Source of the DNA: Acidobacteriota bacterium
Lineage (GTDB): Bacteria > Acidobacteriota > Blastocatellia > Pyrinomonadales > Pyrinomonadaceae
Length of the DNA stretch: 64,000 nucleotides
Direction of reading: 5' to 3'
Assembly: GCA_046728235.1 (NCBI GenBank)
Contig: JBKPEE010000033.1
Coordinates: 222 to 64,221 of the forward strand
Under the pieces are notes generated by a model that saw only the letters and a program-made list of their open reading frames with translations, was not told the DNA's origin and did not search any database. The position numbers and the translations under genes were made by a program. Shown here piece by piece: positions 1 to 10,636 of the stretch. Numbering within the stretch: the stretch's first letter is position 1; each line of letters opens with the position of its first letter.

Positions 1-15
1 TCGGGGGGGGTAATC

Positions 16-2337
16 ATGAAGCAACTTCTGATCGTGACTCACCTGGCGCTGCTGATGTCGCTCTGGTCGAGTCCCACCGCCGCTCAGAACACGGTCACGA
101 AGGAACGACCTGCTGCGGCGGATCAGTTCGTGGCAAAGCATCGTGAACTACTGGCGCAGAATCCCGAAGGCCTTTCGTTCAGGCTGGCACTTAAGAACCA
201 GCAAAACCAATTTCATTCCGGCGAGGTCATTCCCCTCGAGCTTCGATTTTCGAGCAGCCTGAAAGATGCGTACGTTCTCGACAACGCCGGTTACGATCGG
301 AGCGGCCGGCTGAACATGGACACCTTCGTAGTCGATCGGCCCGATGATGTGATCGATCCGCTGCACGATTATTTCAATGGCGGTTTGTTTGGATTCCTGG
401 GCGGTGGCCTGCGCGGCACTCCGCAACTCGACAGCGTGCCGCAGCTGATCAACTACGAACTCAACGAATGGCTGCGATTCGAGCAGCCCGGTAAGTATCG
501 CCTTTATGTCGTGTCGGGCCGCGTCACCAGGGGTAAGCCAAGCCATTCCAGCAACCGCCCCGTAGCGCCGGTATCGAACATTATCGAATTCGAGATCATT
601 CCGCGTGATGAAACCTGGGAGCAGCAGACGATTGCCGACGCTCTCAGGATAGTCGATGGCAGTCCGCCGAAGTCTGTCGTCTACGCAAACGATCCCCGCG
701 AGCTTGCCTGTCGCAGACTCCGCTTTCTCGATACCGAAGCATCAATCAAAGAACTCATTCGCCATTTCCGCGGCGAAGATCGGAATTGTGATTTCCAATA
801 CGACTTTGGTTTGCGGGGCACGTCGCGACGTGAATTCGCGGTCGCGCAAATGGAAGCCGCGCTGGCCGAGCCACATCAACCGGTCACCGGTTACTTTCTC
901 AATGTGCTGTCGTACCTGAATCTGCTGCGAGACCGCGGCCAGCCACTGCCCGGGTATCCGACCAACGATCCCGCGGCGCTGAAGGTTTGGCAGGCCGAAG
1001 CCGCGGTCCATCGCGACGCGCTCAAGGCGATCGAACGAACGTATCTGGCCCAACTGGGCAGCGCGGTAAAGCTGAAGCAAGGTAGGGCGGCAGCTATCAC
1101 TATTGAGACGCTGACCAAAAAACAAACCTGCAATTCAGACTCTGATGACCAGGCAACGCGCGACGAGCGGGCAACTTTACTGGCAAAGGTCTTTTTTGAT
1201 TTACCCCTCGAACATCAGCGCAGCTTAATCGAATACAGTTGGGACTCAATTTCAAGTCAGGCGCTGCTGCCCGTGCTGCGTCAACTGTATGAGCATCCGC
1301 CCGACCTGAACGAAAGACCTCAACCCTTTCCCGAGGTGGCGCTGCGCCGTATCTATCAACTCGCGCCCGCTGAAGGCCGGCAATTGATCCTCGATGAAAT
1401 GAGACGACCCGAACTGCGGATCGGGATTTCAGTACTTGGGTTGTTGCCCGATAAAGAACTGCCCGACCTCGAAGAAACGATCGTCGGCAATGCGCTCAAG
1501 CGGCCCGACGAGACTTCGATAGCTCTCGTTGCGCGTTACGTGTCTGCGGCGTCTTTCCCACGATTGCGGCAGGGCCTGGAAGATCGAATCGGCAAGATCG
1601 GTTGTGGGGAACAGGCGGATCTCATCTCTTACTTTTTACGGGCAGATGAGAGTTTCGGGATGGCGATGATTAGGAAAGCCATCGCCTCCCGCAAGATGAC
1701 GCGTTGCTATGTGGACGCGCTCAACGACATCACGGTCGCGTCACCTGAGCTCGAAGCGCTGGCCGCGCAATTGCTTGACGATCGCGACCCGGAAGTTGTC
1801 TACAGCGCCATCACATTTCTGTGCCGGCACGGCTCAGTGACGAATCGAGCAAAGATCAAAGCCACGATCAAGAGAGTGATCGATGGCTGGCGCGATCCGA
1901 AGATCGATCCGGAAGCTTATGATAAGCGCAAAGGATATTATCCCGGGTTCTTCGCGGAGTCGCTCTTGATGGTTTATGCAACGGCAATTCCCTGGGTGAC
2001 GAGTCGCGAAGAACTTCAGGAACTCGCCGACCTGTGTCTGACCGCGCAATGCCGGCAACAAGTAAAACCGCGCGACCTGTTGGCTAAGACTGAGATCCGC
2101 TACTTCTACTCCGAAGGCACACACCACGAAACCAATTTCGCGGTCGGCGAATACGAGGGGCTTTCCTTGTCATTGCTGAAGCAGAAAGTGCTCCAATTCC
2201 CGAAAGGAACCAGATTCACCTGGTCCCGAAGCAACGCCTCGAAAGAGATCGATGAGCAAACCTTCGCCGAGTTGAAAACCTATCTTAAAGAACAGGGATA
2301 CGAGTTGGTTAGAGCTGAGCGGAATGCGCAGTGCTAG
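16..2337 (+). CDS. secreted hypothetical protein (773 aa) with a HEAT-like repeat segment
   Basis: Long uninterrupted ORF. N-terminus [24 protein letters not shown] looks like a signal peptide. [20 protein letters not shown] resembles a HEAT/PBS-lyase repeat. No family recognised. Confidence 0.6.
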   Translation: MKQLLIVTHLALLMSLWSSPTAAQNTVTKERPAAADQFVAKHRELLAQNPEGLSFRLALKNQQNQFHSGEVIPLELRFSSSLKDAYVLDNAGYDRSGRLNMDTFVVDRPDDVIDPLHDYFNGGLFGFLGGGLRGTPQLDSVPQLINYELNEWLRFEQPGKYRLYVVSGRVTRGKPSHSSNRPVAPVSNIIEFEIIPRDETWEQQTIADALRIVDGSPPKSVVYANDPRELACRRLRFLDTEASIKELIRHFRGEDRNCDFQYDFGLRGTSRREFAVAQMEAALAEPHQPVTGYFLNVLSYLNLLRDRGQPLPGYPTNDPAALKVWQAEAAVHRDALKAIERTYLAQLGSAVKLKQGRAAAITIETLTKKQTCNSDSDDQATRDERATLLAKVFFDLPLEHQRSLIEYSWDSISSQALLPVLRQLYEHPPDLNERPQPFPEVALRRIYQLAPAEGRQLILDEMRRPELRIGISVLGLLPDKELPDLEETIVGNALKRPDETSIALVARYVSAASFPRLRQGLEDRIGKIGCGEQADLISYFLRADESFGMAMIRKAIASRKMTRCYVDALNDITVASPELEALAAQLLDDRDPEVVYSAITFLCRHGSVTNRAKIKATIKRVIDGWRDPKIDPEAYDKRKGYYPGFFAESLLMVYATAIPWVTSREELQELADLCLTAQCRQQVKPRDLLAKTEIRYFYSEGTHHETNFAVGEYEGLSLSLLKQKVLQFPKGTRFTWSRSNASKEIDEQTFAELKTYLKEQGYELVRAERNAQC

Positions 2338-4133
2338 TCATTCACCTTCAGCACCGCCAGAAATGCTTCCTGCGGAATCTCGACCCGGCCAACTTTCTTC
2401 ATCCGCTTCTTGCCTTCCTTCTGCTTCTCGAGCAGTTTGCGCTTGCGCGTGATGTCGCCGCCGTAACACTTCGCCAGCACATTTTTGCCCAGCGCTTTCA
2501 CCGTTTCGCGCGCGATCACTTTATTGCCAATCGCGGCCTGGATCGGGACTTCAAAGAGCTGGCGCGGGATCAGTTGCTTCATCTTTTCTGCCAGCGCGCG
2601 GCCTTTCACCGCTGCCGTGTCGCGATGCATGATCAACGAAAGCGCGTCAACTGGTTCGCCGGCGACCAGAATGTCGAGCTTGACCAGATCGCTTTCGCGA
2701 AAGCCTTCGAGGTTGTAATCGAGCGATGCGTAGCCGCGCGAAACTGATTTCAAACGATCGTAGAAGTCGAGCACGATCTCGTTCAAAGGCAATTCGTAAG
2801 TCAGCATCACACGATTCGCGGCGATATATTCGAAACCTTTCTGCGTACCGCGTTTTTCCTCCAACAGCGGCAGGATGCCACCGAGATACTCATCCGGCGT
2901 CAGAATTACGGCGCGAATCATCGGCTCCTCAATCTTCGCGATGCGCACAGCTTCGGGCATTTTGGCCGGCGAATCGATCTCAGTCATTTGTCCATCGGTG
3001 GTCGTGATTTGATAACGCACATTCGGCGCGGTGGTAATCAGATCGAGGTCGAATTCACGTTCGAGTCGCTCCTGCACAATCTCCATGTGCAGTAGTCCGA
3101 GAAAGCCGCAACGAAAACCAAAGCCAAGCGCGGCAGAAGTTTCAGGCTCGTAAAAAAACGATGCATCGTTCAGCCGAAGCTTATCGAGCGCATCGCGCAA
3201 ATCCTCGTAACTATCGGCGTCAACCGGATACAGACCCGCGAACACCATCGGCTTGATTTCCTGATACCCCGGGAACGGCTCCGTTGTGGGCCGCGCAGTT
3301 TCTGTTATGGTGTCGCCGATCTGCACGTCGGCAACTGCCTTGATGGACGCGGTGAGAAAACCAACCTCGCCCGGTCCCAGCTGATCGATAGGCGTTGGCC
3401 GCGGGCGATTTACCCCGAGCGTGTCAACGAAGTAATCGCGACCAGCATTGAAGAAGCGAATCTTCATCCCCGGGCGAATCACGCCGTCGATTACGCGAAA
3501 CAAAACAATCACGCCGCGGTACGAGTCGTACCACGAATCGAAAATCAGGGCCTTCAGCGGCGCTTCGCGACTGCCTTTCGGCGGCGGCACGTCGCGTACG
3601 ATGCTTTCTAGGACTTCATCTACGCCCTCTCCTGTCTTCGCGCTGGTCAAGACCGCGTTGTGTGTGCCGAGACCGATGAAGTGCTCGATCTCTTCCATCG
3701 CCCGCTCGGGTTCAGCGCCGGGAAGATCGATCTTGTTGATGACAGGGATCAACTCCAGATTGTGTTCGATTGCGAGATAGGTATTCGCGAGCGTCTGCGC
3801 CTCGACGCCTTGCGACGCATCGACAACGAGCAGAGCGCCTTCGCAGGCAGACAATGAGCGCGAAACTTCATATGAAAAATCCACATGGCCGGGAGTGTCG
3901 ATCAAGTTCAGGACGTACTTTTGGCCGTCATTGGCTTGGTAGTCCAAACGGACCGCGTGCGCTTTGATGGTGATGCCACGCTCGCGTTCGAGATCCATGT
4001 CGTCGAGCACCTGCTCGGACATCTCGCGCTGGGACAACGCGCCGGTAAGTTCGAGCAGCCGATCGGCGAGTGTCGACTTGCCATGATCGATGTGCGCGAT
4101 GATGGAAAAGTTGCGAATGCGGGCGGTGTCCAT
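2334..4133 (-). CDS. lepA: translation elongation factor 4 (LepA)
   Basis: N-terminus [30 protein letters not shown] and NKIDL GTPase motifs, about 600 aa, and the typical LepA C-terminus with [15 protein letters not shown]. Confidence 0.95.
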   Translation of the reverse strand: MDTARIRNFSIIAHIDHGKSTLADRLLELTGALSQREMSEQVLDDMDLERERGITIKAHAVRLDYQANDGQKYVLNLIDTPGHVDFSYEVSRSLSACEGALLVVDASQGVEAQTLANTYLAIEHNLELIPVINKIDLPGAEPERAMEEIEHFIGLGTHNAVLTSAKTGEGVDEVLESIVRDVPPPKGSREAPLKALIFDSWYDSYRGVIVLFRVIDGVIRPGMKIRFFNAGRDYFVDTLGVNRPRPTPIDQLGPGEVGFLTASIKAVADVQIGDTITETARPTTEPFPGYQEIKPMVFAGLYPVDADSYEDLRDALDKLRLNDASFFYEPETSAALGFGFRCGFLGLLHMEIVQERLEREFDLDLITTAPNVRYQITTTDGQMTEIDSPAKMPEAVRIAKIEEPMIRAVILTPDEYLGGILPLLEEKRGTQKGFEYIAANRVMLTYELPLNEIVLDFYDRLKSVSRGYASLDYNLEGFRESDLVKLDILVAGEPVDALSLIMHRDTAAVKGRALAEKMKQLIPRQLFEVPIQAAIGNKVIARETVKALGKNVLAKCYGGDITRKRKLLEKQKEGKKRMKKVGRVEIPQEAFLAVLKVND

Positions 4134-4145
4134 CTGCAGCCAACC

Positions 4146-4174
4146 ATAACAAAACGGGTGCGAATTCGCACCCG
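4146..4174 (-). terminator. rho-independent-terminator-like hairpin in the lepA leader, downstream of the ParE-like gene
   Basis: On the minus strand CGGGTGCGAA/TTCGCACCCG is a perfect 20-nt palindrome (4155..4174). It is followed by TTTTGTTAT. Confidence 0.4.
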
Positions 4175-4215
4175 TGCCGCGTGATATTGTCCGACGTGAG
4201 CAGTGTCGAACTTCT

Positions 4216-4465
4216 ATGGCGCGGCCATGCCGATGCGTGGTCAGTATCTGACTTACCGAAACCGATTCTTTCTCCTCCTTGCCGGTCTGCGACCCTTTTC
4301 TGAGCGGTCATAGACCCCCAAGTTTGCAGGATGACCGGCCGGCATGTCGGAGACTTGCCGCGCATCGGCATGGCCGAGCCATTGCGAAGAAGCTTTGTTA
4401 TCGCAATGGTGCTTGAGAGTTGCAGCGGAGACTTGCGAGTGTCGGCATGGCTGAGCCATAACGAA
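4216..4465. repeat. three copies of a CGGCATGGC(C/T)GAGCCAT-containing motif (two direct units of about 41 nt plus one inverted partial)
   Basis: Direct units at 4348..4388 and 4425..4465 (cggagacttgc...tcggcatggcYgagccat...cgaa). The inverted copy at 4216..4237 matches unit 1 at 20/22. Confidence 0.55.
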
Positions 4466-4470
4466 CGACT

Positions 4471-4770
4471 TCAAATCCTCCTCTGCCACTCAGCTGGATT
4501 GCGCGCGGTGTGAAGAACGGCGAGAATAACGATCCCATCACCCTCGATTGAAAAGTAAATCGCGTAAGGAAATCGCCGCGTCAAGGCGCGACGAATTCCT
4601 GAACGAAGGTCCTGATATCCCAACGGATGATCGAGGATGTTGCGGTAAGCAGCGCGAAGTTCTTCAGCGAAGTCAAATCCAAGTCCTGGCTCCTCGCCTT
4701 GATACCACTCGAAGGCGGATTCGACATCAAGCTCGACCGCGGGAGTGGATTCGAGTTGGTACCGTGTCAC
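4471..4770 (-). CDS. type II toxin, RelE/ParE family
   Basis: 99 aa. C-terminal FPYAIYFSIEGDGIVILAVLHTARNPAEWQRR matches the ParE/RelE fold signature. Overlaps the upstream antitoxin ORF by 4 nt. Confidence 0.8.
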   Translation of the reverse strand: MTRYQLESTPAVELDVESAFEWYQGEEPGLGFDFAEELRAAYRNILDHPLGYQDLRSGIRRALTRRFPYAIYFSIEGDGIVILAVLHTARNPAEWQRRI

Positions 4771-5000
4771 TTTGGTTTTTCGGTCAGGCGATCGATTACG
4801 TCAAAGGACGGACGCGTGTCGGACGGCTTCTTGCGGTACCGGCTCAGGCGCTCTTCAGCAAGTTGCAGATGGCTCTCGGGGACCGGAATATCATTCGGCT
4901 GTGCGGAGATCTGATCCCAAAGAGCTTGCAGGTACTGTACTTGTTCGGCTTTTGAAAGCTCATTGAATCCCGACGGAGTTTGGATCGAAGTTTCCGACAT
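4767..5000 (-). CDS. putative addiction-module antitoxin (TIGR02574-like)
   Basis: 77 aa. LSKAEQVQYLQALWDQI...LAEERL pattern. Translationally coupled (4-nt overlap) to the ParE-like toxin. Confidence 0.7.
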   Translation of the reverse strand: MSETSIQTPSGFNELSKAEQVQYLQALWDQISAQPNDIPVPESHLQLAEERLSRYRKKPSDTRPSFDVIDRLTEKPK

Positions 5001-5202
5001 AGTCTTGGGCCGATATGATAACTGAGAGCGCTACTGCGCAACAACGCCAGGGATCAGTGAAATCCAAAGCGCCGTCAAGGCCGGCGCACTCCAAAGGGCT
5101 CTGTCATGCTGATATAGGGGGCATTCTTTCGCGAGTTCGTTCCCGCTTCGCGCTCATTGGGGGGTGAGGACCTAAGCTCTCGGGCAAGGTGTCCGCGGTT
5201 CC

Positions 5203-6762
5203 TCAGCCGATCGCCTTCTTATTATCAATCTGCGCGCGTTGCAGCTTGCCGCTGTAATCGACATAGACTGATTTCCATTCGGAAAAGATATCGAGCACCT
5301 GCGTGCCGGCTTCGCGATGACCATTGCCGGTGGCCTTGGTGCCGCCGAAAGGCAGATGCACCTCGGCGCCGATCGTCGAAGCGTTCACATAAAAGATTCC
5401 CGTGTAGGTTTCGTTCATCGCGTGAAAGGCGCGGTTCACGTCCTGCGTGTAAATCGCCGCAGACAATCCGTATTGAACGCCATTGGCGATCTCAATTGCT
5501 TCATCGAGCGAGTTGGCAGGAATCACCGAGGTAACCGGCCCAAAAATCTCTTCCTGCGCGATACGCATTTCGGGCGTCACATCGGTAAAGATTGTTGGTT
5601 CGATGAAATAGCCGTGCGCATAATCGCCCTTAGTCAGATGCTTACCGCCGCCGGCCAGGGTCGCGCCATCCTCATGGCGGCCGATGTCGACATAGCTCAT
5701 AATCTTTTCAACCGCGTCCTTATTGATGACCGGACCAACATCGACTTTTGGATCGGCGCCATTACCCAGGCGCAGGTCTTTTGCCCGATCGACCAGCTTC
5801 TTTGAAAATTGTTTGTAGACTTTCTTGTGCACAATCAAACGCGACGACGCCGTGCAGCGTTGGCCCGAGGTCCCGAACGCGCCCCAGATCGCGCCATCCA
5901 CGGCATTGTCGACGTCAGCATCGTCCATCACCATGATTGCGTTCTTGCCGCCCATCTCGAGCGAACAGATGGCGTTGCGTTCGGCGCACGCCGACGCGAC
6001 GGCGCGTCCGGTTTCGGTTGAGCCAGTCAGCGAAATGAGGCGGACCGAAGGGTGGTCGGTCATTCGCGTTCCCACAACTGAGCCACGACCCATCACCAGA
6101 TTCACGACACCCGGCGGCACGCCCGCTTCTTCGCAGGCTTTGACCAGATTGAAAGTCGAGAGCGGCGTGTCTTCGGCGGGCTTGATGACGATTGTGTTTC
6201 CGCAAACCAGCGCGGGCATCAACTTCCACGAGGGAATGGCCATGGGAAAATTCCACGGCGTGATCAAACCGCAGAGCCCAATCGGTTGCCGCACGCACAT
6301 CGCAAACTTGTTCGGCATCTCAGCCGGCGTCGTGAATCCATGCAAGCGGCGGCCTTCGCCGGCAGCGTAGTAAGTACAATCGATCGCCTCCTGCACATCG
6401 CCTCCGGCTTCCTTCAGCACCTTGCCCATTTCGCGCGTCATGTCGCGCACATATTTTTCTTTGTCGCGAATCAAAATCTCACCCACGCGAAAAAGAATCT
6501 CGGCGCGCCGCGGCGCGGGCGTCAATCGCCAGAGGTCGAAAGCTTCGCTGGCCGCAGTGATTGCGTCATCGACGTCCGCAGTAGTCGAACGCGGAAAGCG
6601 GCCAATGAGGTCACGAGTGTCCGCCGGATTCCGGTTTTCGCTCCACTCGCCATTCGCGCTGGGGACCCAACGGCCACCGATGTAGTTGTGGTAAGTTTGC
6701 GATTGCTTCCTGGTAGTGGTGGAACGGCTTTTCTTTGCTAGTGCTTTTTTGGCTTGGACCAT
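5203..6762 (-). CDS. NAD(P)-dependent aldehyde dehydrogenase family protein
   Basis: 519 aa. [23 protein letters not shown] and GQRCTA (catalytic Cys) motifs. Confidence 0.9.
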   Translation of the reverse strand: MVQAKKALAKKSRSTTTRKQSQTYHNYIGGRWVPSANGEWSENRNPADTRDLIGRFPRSTTADVDDAITAASEAFDLWRLTPAPRRAEILFRVGEILIRDKEKYVRDMTREMGKVLKEAGGDVQEAIDCTYYAAGEGRRLHGFTTPAEMPNKFAMCVRQPIGLCGLITPWNFPMAIPSWKLMPALVCGNTIVIKPAEDTPLSTFNLVKACEEAGVPPGVVNLVMGRGSVVGTRMTDHPSVRLISLTGSTETGRAVASACAERNAICSLEMGGKNAIMVMDDADVDNAVDGAIWGAFGTSGQRCTASSRLIVHKKVYKQFSKKLVDRAKDLRLGNGADPKVDVGPVINKDAVEKIMSYVDIGRHEDGATLAGGGKHLTKGDYAHGYFIEPTIFTDVTPEMRIAQEEIFGPVTSVIPANSLDEAIEIANGVQYGLSAAIYTQDVNRAFHAMNETYTGIFYVNASTIGAEVHLPFGGTKATGNGHREAGTQVLDIFSEWKSVYVDYSGKLQRAQIDNKKAIG

Positions 6763-6775
6763 GATTTCTTAAAGA

Positions 6776-6850
6776 TCAGAGGTCAGAGGTCAAAGATCAG
6801 AGGTCAGAGATCAGCGTAAAAACCTGAACTCTGACCTCTGTCGTCTGACC
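6776..6850. repeat. tandem-heptamer hairpin element (TCAGAGG units)
   Basis: cagaggtcagag (6798..6809) pairs perfectly with ctctgacctctg (6829..6840). Extra direct copy at 6778..6792. Confidence 0.7.
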
Positions 6851-6864
6851 TTCGGACATCTGCC

Positions 6865-8430
6865 TCACTGATAAGTAAACTGAACGATTCGAGACATGAT
6901 GCGGTTATCACGGCGATAATAGCTGGACAGATTCAACACGATCGCATCGCCAGGCTTTAATGATTCAATCACATGTTGAAAATCTGCGAGGGTGGTTACT
7001 GGAATGCGATTGATGCGCGTGATCACTTCGCCTTCCCTGACCCGGATCGAGTCCGGCAGATCAGCCACCAGCCCGTTCGGATCGACGTCTTTGACATAGA
7101 GGCCTTTCACCCCGTTCAAGTGGTTGTCGTCAATCATTTTCGCCGTCAACTCGGCGAGTGTCAGACCCAGCCGCGCGCTGTTGCTCTTGTCCTTTTCGGA
7201 CTTGTCGCTTTTCATGAGGTCGATATCATGCGCAATCGCCTCGGACCGATCGGCGAGCACCGCGGTCGCCGTGCGCCGCTCGAGCTTGCCGTCGACGTCG
7301 CGCAGAAACGTCAGCGTCACAGTCTGTCCCACATTGGTGGCGGCAACTTTGGCAATCAGATCATTCGAGTCCTGCACGGGCTGTCCATTAAACTCGATAA
7401 TTACATCGTTGACCTGAATGCCGGCTTTAGACGCCGGGGTTAGCTGGCCATTGAGATTAGGTGGCATATCGACTACGACTGCGCCGCTAGCATCCGGCAA
7501 GTGATAGACGTGCGCGAATTCGGCGTGCACCGACTCGAGCGTCACCCCCAAAAATCCCCGCTGAACTTTTCCTTTGGCGAGGATCTGTTCAGTGACGAAC
7601 TTGGCTTCATTTGAAGGCAGCGCAAAACCGATCCCGTTATAGTCACCGGTGAGGGTCGCGATTTGTGAGTTCACTCCGATCGCTTCGCCGTGCATGTTCA
7701 CCAGCGGGCCGCCACTATTGCCACGATTGATCGCGGCGTCGGTTTGCAGGAATCGTTGAAAGCTCGAGTTGGTGGTGTCGCGATCTTTCTTCGAAATGAT
7801 CCCGGCCGTTACCGTTTGGTCCAGGCCAAAGGGCGAGCCGATCGCCAGCACCCAATCGCCCACCTGCGAAGCGTTCGAATCGCCGAACTTCATCACCGGC
7901 AGATCATGATCAACATCAATCTTGAGCACTGCCAGATCAGTATCGCGATCGACGCCAACTACGCGGGCGCGAAATCGATCGCCATTCAATAGACCAATCG
8001 TTATCCGCGATGCGCCTTCGATAACATGCTCGTTGGTCAGGATGTAACCCTTGGGATCGATAATGAACCCGCTGCCGACACCATGTGTGGGCCGGGGCGG
8101 TTGCCGCCGCAACATGTCATAAAGCGGGTTCGGGGTGCGATCGCTTTTGTCTTCGTTGTCGGTCTCTAGATCGGGCGCCTGGGTAGTGTCAATGTTAACC
8201 ACGGCGGGCTCGACGCGCCTGGCGATCTCTACGAACGATGCAGAAAGGGCTTCGGGTGCGCGACTGGCGGACTGGATTCCGTCCTGCGCCACCGCCGTGC
8301 GGCCAGCCAGAGCGGCCCCAATACCAATTCCTGTCAGAACGCAGGCCGCGGCCAGCGCCGCAATCCACACGCGGAGTTTGCGGAGCAGAACTTTTTCGGT
8401 TTCAGTAGTTTGATTGAAAGATTCGAACAT
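6865..8430 (-). CDS. HtrA/DegP-family serine endopeptidase with two PDZ domains
   Basis: 521 aa. N-terminal membrane anchor, TNEHV (His), DLAVLK (Asp) and GNSGGPLVN (Ser) catalytic motifs. C-terminal PDZ-like repeats. Confidence 0.9.
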   Translation of the reverse strand: MFESFNQTTETEKVLLRKLRVWIAALAAACVLTGIGIGAALAGRTAVAQDGIQSASRAPEALSASFVEIARRVEPAVVNIDTTQAPDLETDNEDKSDRTPNPLYDMLRRQPPRPTHGVGSGFIIDPKGYILTNEHVIEGASRITIGLLNGDRFRARVVGVDRDTDLAVLKIDVDHDLPVMKFGDSNASQVGDWVLAIGSPFGLDQTVTAGIISKKDRDTTNSSFQRFLQTDAAINRGNSGGPLVNMHGEAIGVNSQIATLTGDYNGIGFALPSNEAKFVTEQILAKGKVQRGFLGVTLESVHAEFAHVYHLPDASGAVVVDMPPNLNGQLTPASKAGIQVNDVIIEFNGQPVQDSNDLIAKVAATNVGQTVTLTFLRDVDGKLERRTATAVLADRSEAIAHDIDLMKSDKSEKDKSNSARLGLTLAELTAKMIDDNHLNGVKGLYVKDVDPNGLVADLPDSIRVREGEVITRINRIPVTTLADFQHVIESLKPGDAIVLNLSSYYRRDNRIMSRIVQFTYQ

Positions 8431-8540
8431 GATCCACCGCCTTCGAGCTGAAGCGTCAATCGATCGAGCGAAAACCGCCCGACCCGGCTACGGGGAACGG
8501 AATTGAGTGAGTATAAACGAAATCGGGCACTTACCAGAAG

Positions 8541-9506
8541 TCACGGCCGGAGCAGCACTTTCAACACGCCGGGATCTGCCGCTCGCGCCATTGCGCGCAC
8601 GCCTGCGTTCAGCGCGAATTCCTCACTAATAAGATTCTGAACGTCGATCTTGCCGGTCTGGAGTAGTTCCAGCGCGGGCGCAAACCGGCCGCAACGCGAC
8701 CCCACAACGCTGATTTCATCCACCACAATACGCGCCGCACTAATCTCAGTAGCGCCATGAAAAGTTGATTTCAGCACCAGCACGCCGCGCGGACGCAGCA
8801 GATCGAGCGCAAGTTCAAATCCGGAAGCTGAGCCCGATGCTTCGACAACGAGGTCAAATTCACGAGCCCGCCCTTTAGTTTCGTCCAGGAAGCTGGTGTT
8901 GATGCCGCGTCGCGCGGCGATCTGAAGTTTGCTTTTATGCTTGCCGACAAGCGTTACCTTTGCTCCAGTCGTAGCGAGTACCTGCGCACATAACAATCCG
9001 AGCTTGCCGTCACCTATGATTCCAACCTGCGAGTGATCGGGTATCGACGCGCGCTCGAGAATGCCGCACGCAGCCGCGAGCGGCTCGGTAAAAACCGCCT
9101 GCTCATCGGAAATCCCGGCGGGCACAGCCAACAGATTTACCATCGGCAGTTTCAGGAATTCAGCGTGCGCGCCGTCACGGCCGACGATCCCCAGCACGGT
9201 GCGATTCGCGCAGTGACGCGAATCGCTGCGGCGACACAGATCGCACCGACCGCAGCCGGCGTTGATCTCGCCGACCACCCGAGTGCCAGGTATCAGCAGC
9301 CCGCCGGCCGGATCGGACGCTTGCTCAATCACGCCTACGAATTCATGGCCCAGGGTTCCTTCAAAACCGGCATACCCGCGCGCGATCTCGAGATCGGTAT
9401 TGCAAATCCCTGATAGCGTGACGCGCACGAGGGCCTCGCCGTCGACTTCCGGCATGGGCACATCGGCGACGCGAAGTTGCTGGTTTTCGAAACGAAGCGC
9501 CTTCAT
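8541..9506 (-). CDS. zinc-dependent alcohol dehydrogenase family protein
   Basis: GICNTDLE and GHEFVG zinc-site motifs, CGRCDLC structural zinc motif, GDGKLG Rossmann motif. Start set at the internal ATG (MKALRFENQQL, 9506) because the longer ORF would translate a tandem repeat. Confidence 0.85.
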   Translation of the reverse strand: MKALRFENQQLRVADVPMPEVDGEALVRVTLSGICNTDLEIARGYAGFEGTLGHEFVGVIEQASDPAGGLLIPGTRVVGEINAGCGRCDLCRRSDSRHCANRTVLGIVGRDGAHAEFLKLPMVNLLAVPAGISDEQAVFTEPLAAACGILERASIPDHSQVGIIGDGKLGLLCAQVLATTGAKVTLVGKHKSKLQIAARRGINTSFLDETKGRAREFDLVVEASGSASGFELALDLLRPRGVLVLKSTFHGATEISAARIVVDEISVVGSRCGRFAPALELLQTGKIDVQNLISEEFALNAGVRAMARAADPGVLKVLLRP

Positions 9507-9510
9507 GCAG

Positions 9511-9600
9511 ATCTTTGGACTTTGGACTTTGGTCTTTGGTCTTTGGTCTTTGAAAGAAGACTGCGATCGAAAATCAAAGGCCAAAGACCCAAATCCAAAA
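9511..9600. repeat. tandem-heptamer hairpin element (CTTTGG[A/T] units)
   Basis: About 5 tandem ctttgga/ctttggt units (9513..9552) with inverted partner tcaaaggccaaagaccc (9574..9590). Confidence 0.7.
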
Positions 9601-9607
9601 ACCCTCT

Positions 9608-10093
9608 TCAGAACTTCCTGGTTCGTTCGTAAGCATTCTCTGAGGTCAATTCAATTGTCTGGGGACGTTGCGAGATTGTCAGCGGCATGCGCCATTCCAT
9701 TGATTCGCCGTTAGCCAGCGCTGAGACGGCGTGCATCCACCAACTGCCTTCCGTTACCCGCGCGACGGCGTGGCCGTTGGCATCGACCGAAACACTTACC
9801 GGCGTAACATGCTTGAGTCGCTGGCCGAGAAGATCTTCGAGCGTCTTGCCAGCATGGGCACTCATGACGTAATCGCGCTCCGCGGCTGAAAAATCGATTG
9901 GGTAGAGATTGATTTTTGTCTCCGCCGCCGAGATCGCGGTGCGAAAGACGATTGTCAGATCCTGTTGCGCGCCGCTGCGCGCATTGTCATTCGCGCCGCC
10001 GTTCGCTGCCGGCAGCCTATGATAGATGCGTGCGCCAGCCCCAAAGAGACTGGCAAGCAGCGCCAGCGCCAAAATAGTTTGCACGATGCGCAT
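9608..10093 (-). CDS. hypothetical exported protein
   Basis: 161-aa ORF with the signal-like N-terminus MRIVQTILALALLASLFGAGA. No recognisable domain. Confidence 0.5.
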   Translation of the reverse strand: MRIVQTILALALLASLFGAGARIYHRLPAANGGANDNARSGAQQDLTIVFRTAISAAETKINLYPIDFSAAERDYVMSAHAGKTLEDLLGQRLKHVTPVSVSVDANGHAVARVTEGSWWMHAVSALANGESMEWRMPLTISQRPQTIELTSENAYERTRKF

Positions 10094-10117
10094 CGCCGGC
10101 TCGTCCTTCTGCGCGTC

Positions 10118-10489
10118 CTATTTTCTTAAACGCCGGACGTAGCTCACCAGTTCATCGATTTGACTGTCCGACAACTTCTTTTTGAAAGCGGGCATCTTGC
10201 CCTTGCCGTTGCTGATCGAGTTATAAATGCGTTCGTCGGAAACACTGTCCTGCCATTCGGCGCCGGTCAGGTCGCGAGCATGCTCGTGCCTGGCGTGCAT
10301 TGACCGCGCGCGCCCGTCTCGGCCGTGGCAGCTGGCGCATTTGCCGATGTAAACGGACGAGGCGTCGCCGCCACTGCCAGTTGCGGGCGCGGCGACGTCG
10401 CGAGACGCCGCGCTGGCAATCAAAAAGGCAGCGCCGCCAATTGCCAGCGCTGCCAGCGAGACAACCACAGGTTTAAGTTTTTGCTTCAC
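10118..10489 (-). CDS. c-type cytochrome (class I, monohaem)
   Basis: 123 aa, signal peptide, single CASCH haem-binding motif, downstream GKMP Met-ligand region. Confidence 0.8.
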   Translation of the reverse strand: MKQKLKPVVVSLAALAIGGAAFLIASAASRDVAAPATGSGGDASSVYIGKCASCHGRDGRARSMHARHEHARDLTGAEWQDSVSDERIYNSISNGKGKMPAFKKKLSDSQIDELVSYVRRLRK

Positions 10490-10636
10490 GTCATTCTCCC
10501 TAAGCCGCTGGCAAAACGATGTTCGGTATAACTTTTATATCGCAAGCTGCAACATTTGTCTTGCTACGTACTCTGAGGCGTAAGCCTCAAGTGATAGTCA
10601 AAAGCGGCACAACCCGTTATATAATCCGAAACTGTA

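Noticed and set aside
2334-2337. The convergent genes (hypothetical 16..2337 and lepA) share the palindrome CTAG as both stop codons, a 4-nt overlap with no room for terminators.
   Set aside because: This is a real but trivial consequence of compact gene packing. Nothing suggests function beyond that.
10490-10636. I looked for purine or ZTP riboswitch-like leaders upstream of purF (10490..10636) and upstream of the XDH gene (12767..13134).
   Set aside because: I could not find the conserved purine-riboswitch or ZTP (pfl) core sequences. Only a TATAAT-like hexamer lies near 10619, too weak to annotate.
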